Shown here one piece after another: positions 54,847 to 64,000 of a DNA stretch of 64,000 bases. The stretch's first letter is position 1; every line of letters starts with the position of its first letter. The DNA is taken from NCBI RefSeq assembly GCF_018350175.1, contig NC_058368.1, positions 156,180,001 to 156,244,000 on the forward strand, given 5' to 3'. Source of the stretch: Felis catus (Eukaryota). The translations under genes and the position numbers were made by a program. Under the pieces are notes generated by a model. The model did no database searches. It was not told the DNA's origin and saw nothing but the letters and a program-made list of their open reading frames with translations.

Positions 54847-56064
54847 CTGAAATATAAATTTATATGAAGTTATATTAATCTTAACTCAGCAACACATGTT
54901 CCTATTGTTATAGATATAAAATTATTATTTTCTTTCAGCATTTGAATATGGGTATTCTTTGATAAATGGCAAAGGCCCTTCTTACAACCTGAAAAATATT
55001 ACCCAGCGAATAAAGCAATATACAAAAACATGTGTATTCTTTACACAGAGTAATATACTGGCATTTCATTTTAATTCATCAGTGGATTTAATCAGAAACT
55101 TTTTTCAAAATTTAATCTCTTAAATATAGTTCAATAAAACTATCTTTATGAGAGTTAAAAGTTACATTTACTATTTATCACATAAAGCAACCTTTAAATT
55201 CAATATAGTTAATAAAGTCTAAATTGGATTTTTATAGTCTTTTTTATAGTTTATTGTTAACAAGTATTCCAACATAAGACAGAGTTTAATATTCAGTCTT
55301 TTATTTTTTTTTCACTCTCAGAAATCCAGACAAGCCAAAAAATAGCAACAAGAAATTTCTCAAAGAAAATGACATCATTGTACCTTTCTGGATTTTTTTC
55401 TTTTGAATTTTATTTAGTTTCTTCACCCACAAAGTGGTAAGCAACACAACTTTTGTTCCAAGAGATGAGGAATTAAAATTATCTGCATTGCTCTGTGTGG
55501 GAGGAGTGGGAGACTGGAGAGAATGGAGACTGGTGGTGTTTTGTTTTCCTTTTTCTTGTGGTCTGGCTCAATACAATTGTGAATGTATACTTTCCCCAAG
55601 TCCTCTAATGTTCTCTTATGTACTAAGAACATTAAGTAGGTGAGCCTGTGCTTAGCATTACTTTCTCCCTGTTTTAATGTAATCTTGTTTACTGTAATAA
55701 TTCACCTACTCCGACTTCAGAAGACTCTAAGCCAATATACCTGACTGAATTACTTATTTTTCTGACTCTGGATGATTTCTATGGTTTCTTTAGGCCTAAA
55801 ATTACTGGGACTATGATCATTAGCTTAGTTTTCATACACACACATCCCGTACAGCATTTATTTAGTGCTTTTTGTATATACTATAATCAATAATCAAATC
55901 CATGGTCAAAAAAGTGGCTCCCATTTTCATTATGCATATAATTATGTTGTAATTGAATTTTTCTTTGTTAAGTTTTAACATCAGAGGGCTTGAAAACACA
56001 TTTCTCATTTTATTTTTACATAAATTAGTTAAAAATTGAATCCACCCAGCTTTTACAACCTCCT

Positions 56065-56270
56065 TTGTTTTTTTTTCTAATTTTTTAATATTTATTTTTG
56101 AGAGAAAGAGACAGAGTGCAAGGGGGGAGGGGCAGAGAGAGAGGGCGACAGAATCCAGGCTTCAGAATCTGCGCTGTCAGCATAGAGCCTGATGTGGAGA
56201 TGGAACCCACTACTGGTGAGATCATGACCTGAGCTGAAGTCATTCAACCTACTGAGCCACCTAAGCACCC
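56065..56270 (-). mobile_element. Can-SINE
   Basis: T tail, (GA) linker, gagatcatgacctgagctgaagtc. Confidence 0.85.
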
Positions 56271-56306
56271 AAAGCTTATAAGCTAATTTTCAACCAGGAA
56301 TCAATC

Positions 56307-56307
<1 letters not shown>

Positions 56308-56348
<41 letters not shown>
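56308..56348. repeat. (TTTA)n microsatellite
   Basis: Directly visible tandem repeat. Confidence 0.95.
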
Positions 56349-56350
<2 letters not shown>

Positions 56351-56446
56351 GGGTAAAACTCAAGGCATTTTGATTCATAATGTATTCACAGACATATGAT
56401 GCTATTATATATGAGTAAAAAATACCACTCTTTCCTCGTCACTCGC

Positions 56447-56541
56447 CTCTTTTACTGGTAGCAATTGCTCTGAAGGAACACTAGTTGCATTTCTTTTAGG
56501 TTTCTCTGTTACAACTTTCCAACTGGATGTTTCTAAAATTC
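56447..56541 (-). CDS. KIAA0825: KIAA0825 internal coding exon (1st in window; probable GC donor)
   Basis: Acceptor tttctgttgcatag|GA, donor GAG|gcgagt; 95 bp, phase 1->0; (G)ILETSSWKVVTEKPKRNATSVPSEQLLPVKE, in frame with the next exon. Confidence 0.8.
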
Positions 56542-57570
56542 CTATGCAACAGAAAACAAACACACAAACATACATTAAGGAAAATAAGCCATACTAGACG
56601 GAATTAATAGGCTCAGTTTAACATTAATTATGTAGAAAAGCTCTATACATAGTATACACATACATACACATATATCAAGATTCAGACAACATAGTCAAAA
56701 GATGTAGGGTGATGTTACCATTACAATAACTACAGTATCAAAATATGGAGTGTCCCTTTCCATATATACAACTTGATGAAATTAGTATGCCATTTATATT
56801 CATATTTGATATACATGTGTATGTAATCTGTAAAATATAGATCCCTTTGTCATTAATTCATTGTCATGTTGGTAATGCAGGATAAGAGTACAAAGTTAAA
56901 ATGAATTTCTTTTTTCACTTAAAAATTTAAATTCTAAATAAAGAATGGTGCATTTAAGAAATGATGGTGTTCCTTAGCACATTAATACTTCATTTCTTGA
57001 AATGAGGAAGAAAAAAAGTACATGAATAAACATCAACATACCATGAAAAATTACATTATTAATAAATATAACAATAATCCTTTGGAAAAATACAAACACT
57101 GGGATAAGAAATAATCTCCAGCTCTTAAAACGGAATTATTTCCTTACCTTTATCTTTGAGAATTAAGGAAGTCTTTTCCATGGGGAAAAAATAGAGCTAC
57201 AAAAATGTAATTTAAAAATATGCCAAAAAGAAATATTTCCACTTTTCCCTTAAGGTTTTATTAATTACAGTTTAATTTTAAATAAATGATTTAGCATTTA
57301 CCTTTTGCTTTTGCCTAGATTTGACATATTATGATGAATTATATATTCTGATGCATTTAAAAACATTTTTTAGGATCCTAAGAGTCGGTTTCTGCTTACA
57401 TCCTGAGTAAACAAATTTCAAAATCTACTTGATTCTTATCAATAGGGCTCTGACTGATAGATTCATTTAGCAGATGTGTGGGGTTTTTGTTTTTTGTTTT
57501 TTTCTAAGTGTGGTTCTATGAGCATAATCATGAATGATTTCTAAGTAATATAATTTACAAAAACATTCCT

Positions 57571-57869
57571 CATATGTGGAATTTGAGAAACTTAACAAAA
57601 GACCATGGGAGAGGGAAGGAGAAAAAAAAAAGTTTCAAACAGAGAGGGAGGAAAACCATAAGAGACTCTTAAATACAGAGAACAAACTGAGGGTTGATGG
57701 GGGGGTGGTGAGGGGAAAACGGGTAATGGGCATTGAGAAGGGCACTTGTTGGGATGAGCACTGGGTGTTGTATGTAAGTGATAAATCATGGGAATCTACT
57801 CCCGAAGCCAAGAGCACACTGTATTGTTAGGTAACTTGACAACAAATTATATTTTAAAAAAACAAAACC
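57571..57869 (+). mobile_element. 5'-truncated carnivore L1 3' end
   Basis: gagaacaaactgagggttgatgg...gggatgagcactgggtgttgtatgtaag; A-rich tail; TSD aaaacattcct on both sides. Confidence 0.9.
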
Positions 57870-57979
57870 AAAACATTCCTTAGAGAGGTAAAAACTCCCT
57901 TTGTTTAACAATAATATCCTTTTTGGAAATTTTATCAGAGTTTATTCTGAGGAAAAGTTTTCCTCAACTCTAGTGTTTC

Positions 57980-58155
57980 TTTATTATTATTACTTTATTT
58001 TTTTTATTCTCAAGTTAGTTAACATACAGTGTAGTCTTGACTTCAGGTGTAGAATCCAGTGATTCATCACTGACATATAACACCCAGTGCTCACCCAACA
58101 AGTGCCCTCCTTAATGTCCATCATCCATTTTCCACATCTCCCCACCCACCTACTC
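57980..58155 (-). mobile_element. 5'-truncated carnivore L1 3' end
   Basis: caagttagttaacatacagtgtagtcttgacttcagg...cacccagtgctc; opposite orientation to the neighbouring copy. Confidence 0.85.
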
Positions 58156-58549
58156 CAGAGTTCCTTAATCATTTTGGGTTTGTGAACACTTCTGAGAACT
58201 TGATTAAAGTGACAGAACACTCCAGCCAAAATGCACCATATGATTGCATAGTAGATATGTGCACACATACGCACACTCGCACCCCCATACATACACACAT
58301 AAATACTATTGGGGATTCCCAGGCTCTTTTGCGTAGGGCACTCATTAACCCCAAGGGCCTGTGGACTATAGTTTAGGAATCCTGCTTCATTTCTCAACAC
58401 AAACCACAACATAGAGAGGGTTTTAGATCAGCGTTATATCATTTAACCCAAATTGCTTTCACCATGGCTTGCATTTTATTGTCTTTTAAAAAAATGGTAT
58501 TATAAATAACTAATTCTAACACTGAAATAAAATCTAGATTAATGAAATA

Positions 58550-58746
58550 TTTTTTTTAAGTTTATTTATTTATTTAGAGAGAGACAGAGACAGCATGAGT
58601 GGGAGAGGGGCAGAGAGAATCCCAAGCAGGCTTGCGCTGTCAGTGAGGAGCTGGATGTGGGGCTCAAACTCACACAACTGTGAGATCATGACCTGAGTTG
58701 AAACCAAGAGTCATACACTTAACCAAATAAGCTACCCAGTAGCCCC
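58550..58746 (-). mobile_element. Can-SINE
   Basis: T tail, (GA) linker; flanked by atgaaatattttt / atgaaagatcttt. Confidence 0.85.
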
Positions 58747-58954
58747 ATGAAAGATCTTTAAATAAAGAAAAATGAAACTACAAGGTATTAAAATATGGAA
58801 TACTTTTTCAAAAGATCTGTGTAGAGAAGATTTTTCAAAAGGACACTAAATGCAAAAGCCATAAAATAATTCTGCATAAAAATACCATTAGCAGTCAAAA
58901 TGGATAGGACAAACTGACTTAGCACTCTTTTTCAAAATGTCCATACTATATATT

Positions 58955-59850
58955 TTTTATTAGTAGACTTTTTTTTTTTAGAGCGTTTTAGGCTTACAGA
59001 AAAGTTGAGCAGAAAGTACAGAGTTTCCCATATATTCTCTTTCTCTCTGCCCTCAGTTTGCCCTAATGTTAACACCTTGCATTGGTGTGGTATATTTTTT
59101 TACAATTGAGGAACCAGTATTTATTAATATTAACTAAAGTCTATAGTTTACATTAGGATTCATTCTTTTTTTAATTAAGTTTTTAATTCAGGTATAGTTA
59201 ACATACAGTGTTATATTAGTTTCAGGTGTACAATATAGTGACTCAACAATTCCATATGTCACCAAGCCTCATCAGGATAAGGCCATTCCTTAATCCCCAT
59301 CATCTATTTCACTTATCCCCTCGTACCTCCCCTCTGGTAGCCATCAGTTTGTTCTCTATAGTTAAGAGTCTATTTCTTGGTTTCCCTCTCTCTTTTTTTC
59401 CTTTGCTTGTTATTTTTTGTTTGTTTCTTTTTTAAAAAAAATTTAATAGCCCAAGCATACTTTTAAATTCAAATTTTAGTTAATATAGAGTGCAATATTG
59501 GTTTCAGAAGTAGAATTAATTCATAATTACATACAACACCCAGGGCTTATCACAAGTGTCCTCCTTAATGCCCATCATCCATTTAGCCTATCCCTCCACT
59601 CCCTTCCCCTACATTAAGCCTCAGTTTGTTCTCTATCATTAGGAGTCTCTTGTGATTTGTTTCCCTTTCTTCTCATTATCACGCCTTTCCCACATGTTCA
59701 TCTCTTTTGTTTCTTAAATTCCACATATGAATGAAATCATATTGGTCTTTCTCTGATTGACTTATTTCGTTTAGCATAATACATTCTTAGCTCCATCTAC
59801 ATTGTTGCAAATGACAAGATTTCATTCTTTTTGATGGCTGAATAATATTC

Positions 59851-59900
<50 letters not shown>

Positions 59901-61685
59901 ATACGCTTAAACACATACACACACGCACACACACATCTTCTTCATCCAGTCATCAGTCAATGGACACCTGGGTTGCTTCCATAATTTGGCTATTGTAGAT
60001 AATGCTGCTATAAACATAGGAGTGTGTATATCCCTTTGAATTAACGTTTTTGTATTTTGGGGGCGGTAAGTTCCCAGTAATGTGATTCCTGAATTGTAGA
60101 GTAATTCTATTTTTAACTTTTTGAGGAAACTCCATACTGTTTTCGACAGTGACCACACCAGTATGCATTCCCACCAACAGTGCAGGAGGGTTCCTTTTTC
60201 TCCACATCCTCACCAAAACTTTTTGTTTATTGTGTTTTAAATTTTAGCCATTCTGACAGGTGCGAGGTGGTATCTCAATAAATTTTGGTTTGCATTTCCC
60301 TGATGATGAAGGATGTTGAGCATCTTTTCACGTGTCTGTTGGCCATCTTGATGTCTTCTTTGGAGAAATGTCTGTTCATGTCTCTGTCCATTTTTTAATT
60401 GGATTGCTTTCTGGGTGTTGAGTTTGATAAGTTCTTTATATATTTTGGATATTAACTCCTTACCTGATATGCCATTTGCAAATATCTTCTCCCATTCTGT
60501 AGAATGTCTTTTAGTTTTGTTGATTGTTTCCTTTGCTGTGCAGAAGTTTTTATTTTGATATAGTCCCAATGGTTTATTTTTGCTTTTATATCTCTTGCCT
60601 TTGGAGACATATCTAGAAAAATGTTGCTACAGATGATGTCAGAGAAATTACTGCCTGTGCTCTCTTCTAGGATTTTTATAGTTTCAGGTCTCACATTTAC
60701 ATCTTTAATCTATTTTGAAATTAAGGATTCATTCTTTGTGTTGTGTATTCTATGGGCTGAAAATGCATAATGGTATGTGTCCACCATTACTCTATCATAT
60801 AGAATAATTTCACTGTTCTAGGAGTCTCCTGTGCTCCATCTAGTCACCGCTGTCCCTCTCTTCCCTTGCCTTGAAAACCACTGCTCTTTACCATCTCTAT
60901 ACTTTTGTTTTTTCCAGAAGTTCATTAAATTGGAATCATATAGTATGTAGTCTTTTCAGATTGGCTTCTCTCATTTAGCAGTATGCATTTAAGAGTCCTC
61001 CATGTATTTTTGTGGCTTGATATCTCATTTGTTTTTATCATTGAATAATATTTCATTTTCTGGATGCACCACAATTTGTTTATGCATTCACCTACTAAAG
61101 GACATCTTGGTTACTTCCAAGGTTTGGCAGTTATGAATAAAGCTGCTAAAAACACACACATGATGGTTTTTATGTGAACATAAGTTTTTAATTCATTTGC
61201 ATAAATACCTGGGAATGTGATTACTGGGTCATATAAGACAGTGTTTAGCTTTATAAGATACAATGAAATCATCTTCTAAAGAGGCTATACTATTTTACAT
61301 TCTTATCAGCAGTGAGCAAGAGTTCCTGTGGCTTCATGTCTTTGTAAGAATTTGGTGGTGTTAGTGTTTTAGATTTTAGCCATTCTAACAAGTATGTAGT
61401 GGTATCTCTTTGTTTCACTTTCCATTTCCCTGATGACATATGATGTTGAGCATGTTTTCATATGCTTATTTCCCATCTGTATATCTTCTTTGGTAAGGAG
61501 TCTGTTCAGATCGTTTGCTCTTTTTTTAAATTGAGGGTTTTTTGTTTTTTGGTTTTTTTTTGGTTGTTGTTGTTTTCTTGTTGAATTTTAAGAGTTCTTT
61601 GCATATTTAAGATACAAGTCCTTTACCAGAGATGTGTTTTGCAAACATTTTTCTCAGTCTATGGCTTGTCTTCTTATCCTCGTAA
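58955..61685 (-). mobile_element. Old L1M 3' region interrupted by younger L1 insertions
   Basis: Segments about 58955-59165 and 60725-61685 are contiguous antisense L1 3' sequence once the insert is removed. Confidence 0.8.
59169..60722 (-). mobile_element. Carnivore L1 (ORF2 C-terminus and 3' UTR), containing a second L1 3' end and a (GT)n tract
   Basis: ORFs 60452-60694, 60237-60569 and 59907-60158 translate to L1 ORF2 C-terminal fragments (RPETIKILEE, FCTAKETINKTKR..EWEKIFAN, PMFIAALSTIAKLWKQP); TSD aggattcattcttt near 59155 and 60724. Confidence 0.92.
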
Positions 61686-63187
61686 CTACCATAACTTTTT
61701 ACTTGGCAATTTCACTTCAGAAGTATACTGCCAGATACATATGTGCTCATATAAGACATAGTTTCAAGGAAATCTGCTGTGTCATTGTTTGTGGTAGCAA
61801 ACGGAGAGGAACAAAGAACCCTACATGCTCATCAGTTAGGAACTGGTGAAATTATGGTACATGCACCAATGGAAAATTATTCAGCTATTAGAAAGAATGA
61901 GGTCTTTCTATATAACTGTTAATAAAAAAGCAGCTCTGCATCGTATGACAAGATTCCCTGTTATTTTAACTTGGTGAATAGTAGTTGTCCCTAAAAAGGA
62001 AAACTACACAAGTAGAGTGGAAAAAGACTTCATTTACAGTCTACTCTTTTGTCTTCTTAAAAGTTTTCCTATATGCATGGACTACTATTCAAAACAAATT
62101 TTAAAGAAGAAGACATAATAAAGATAAAATTGTTAATGACGTGAAGGGACAATGCTTAGATTCTTAACGTCACCTTACTTTTCTACAGATAGCTCATAAA
62201 GCCAGCTAATTTAAAAAGATACTTACTCTGGAAAAATAACACTAGTTCAAAGTACAAGCTTTGCAGATCTATTTCTGGAGATAACTATCTGCCATTGTGC
62301 AGCTATCATTTAAGACTTACAAAAAAAGTTAATTATCTTATATTTGTCTTTTCACTTCCAAATACATTATGCTTATTCACTCAAAGTAATATGTCTTGAT
62401 GTTTATACAAACCATTTGCCTATTTTCAAGATGAATAAAAAAAGCTAAGCTTCCCAAGACTTCTGTTGCTGGTAAGCAATTCTACAGTAAGACAGAAAAT
62501 GAATTATGAAGCTGTTATGCTAACTTTTAGGATACAATCTTTCCCCCCAAAATTAAAAAAAAAAATTTTAAACCTAATCCTATATAAAGAGCAAAGGGTA
62601 TCATTTTAAGGCAGTATTAGTAGGACCGATTCTAGACTAATAAAATATCTTACGGTTTTAGTGAATTATGGCATCTTTGCATTCACTTGAAATTCCAAAT
62701 GGTCAACATCAAAATTTGGCACTGTCAAACTTTATGAGCTCTGTGAACATGTGCAAAGTATTTTACCTATTTAAATATATATTGAAAATTCTATTCACTT
62801 ACTAGCATTGTCTAGAAAAGTAGATCATTTTTGGCTCATCACTCTAAAACATAGTTATTTATATACAGTCAACACTGGTTTCCTTAAGAGGATGCCCAGA
62901 TTAAGGACCTCAGTAGAGTGCAGAGGGTCACAGGAATGCCAGCTGCGTAACAGTCTCTCCCTAAAGAGTTCGCTGTGGTTCATTTTACATTTCTGGTTAG
63001 TTTCCACACTGTCGCTTTCTTTCATAGAGAGTAGAGGTTGGCAGTACTTCCCTGTGACATCCACTTTCACACCCAAATTGGTCTTCATAGGCTCCCATTG
63101 TGTGCACTACAAAGCAACTTGCCTTGTTGGCAGCTCTAAGTGGGAACTACAAGTCTTTCTTTTCTTCACTGTTCTTTTCTGGCTCAC

Positions 63188-63756
63188 AAGCAACCTCCCA
63201 CCAAAAGCTGAATCTGTGGAAGAGACTACATCCAAGAGATAATACTATGAAAAAGTATGAAGAGAAGCCCAGGTGGCCACCTTGCAAATTTCCAATGTGG
63301 AAGCCTTCGACCTCTCTGCCCAAGAAACAGCTAAAGTCCTAGTGTAATGAGCTTTACAAACCCTAGGAGCCTCTTTACCTTAACTACATACGCCTCCCTA
63401 ATACAATCCCTTAACCATCTAGCTAAGGAACTCTTAGAAGCCATTTGACCCCTCTTAAGACCCCCTAAGAGTACAAACAATCTTTCAGAAGATCTGAAAT
63501 CTTTGATTCTTCTGAGACAAACCCTAAGTGTTCTTCTTACATCCAATTGAAGCAGCCATTGCTCTTTGTCATTGCTGGGGCTAAAGAAAAATGAGGGCCA
63601 AGAAACCTCCTGGTTTAGATAAATCTCAGATGCCACCTTTGGAAAATTTGAGGAACTGCCCGAAGAACAACTTTATTCCAAAGGAGCATTAGAAGTGCCC
63701 CATAAATCAAACCTGAGGCCACTCCAGAAGACATGATCAACTAAAAGAAATACAGT
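63188..63756 (-). pseudogene. Degenerate DIRS1-type tyrosine recombinase (phage-integrase superfamily) coding sequence
   Basis: Conceptual translation across three frameshifts: TVFLLV/IMSSGVASGLIYGALLMLLWNKVVLRAVPQI/PKVASEIYLNQEVSWPSFFFSPSNDKEQWLLQLDVRRTLRVCLRRIKDFRSSERLFVLLGGLKRGQMASKSSLARWLRDCIREAYVVKVKRLLG/CKAHYTRTLAVSWAERSKASTLEICKVATWASLHTFS*YYLLDVVSSTDSAFGGRLL. It is collinear with the recalled vertebrate DIRS1 YR consensus. Confidence 0.88.
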
Positions 63757-64000
63757 AAGGCACCATTACAGTCAAATAATGTGCTATCATTTACTGAAAT
63801 GACCAAAACAGAAAACCATCAAGTCGTGACGAAAAAACAAAACGAAACAAAAAAACCAAATAAATATAATAACTAATTATCTTTTTTTTCTCTGAAAATG
63901 CTTATGTCTCTACAAAATCTATTGTATCATATTCAAATTACTAAGAGCATGGCCAATTTAGCTAAATTGACGATATAATGGTAAACATCAAAGTAAAAAG

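Noticed and set aside
62221..62330. Two gtaagt donor-like motifs on the minus strand suggesting another KIAA0825 exon
   Set aside because: No adjacent reading frame resembles the expected upstream KIAA0825 peptide; that exon probably lies beyond the window.
62460..62520. Possible DIRS terminal or ICR motif (cataattc...gcttacc on the minus strand)
   Set aside because: Similarity is too short and weak to distinguish from chance in AT-rich DNA.
62808..63342. Plus-strand ORFs 62808-63242 (144 aa) and 63100-63342 (80 aa)
   Set aside because: They are antisense shadows of the minus-strand recombinase fossil and its extension, with no recognisable protein features.

Overview
AT-rich, repeat-dense mammalian genomic DNA from a carnivore, almost certainly a felid (about 20 tRNA-derived Can-SINEs, including young CpG-rich cat-type copies, plus carnivore L1 3' ends). 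The window lies inside one large minus-strand gene recognised as KIAA0825. Nine internal coding exons (56447-56541 down to 3224-3388) splice in frame with consistent phases, and two consecutive introns appear to use GC donors. The introns hold L1, L2, MIR, hAT/Tigger DNA transposons and ERV LTRs. The standout observation is a degenerate but readable DIRS1-type tyrosine recombinase coding sequence at about 63188-63756 (minus strand). It retains the H-x-x-R, W and Y catalytic motifs and runs into an in-frame C-terminal extension, although this retrotransposon class is not normally reported in mammals. Also notable are a poly(A)-tailed, apparently L1-retroposed ERV transcript and repeated re-use of the same insertion targets. 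Gene and repeat family names come from recall of consensus sequences, not database searches. Nearly all ORFs in the supplied track are repeat-derived or chance.
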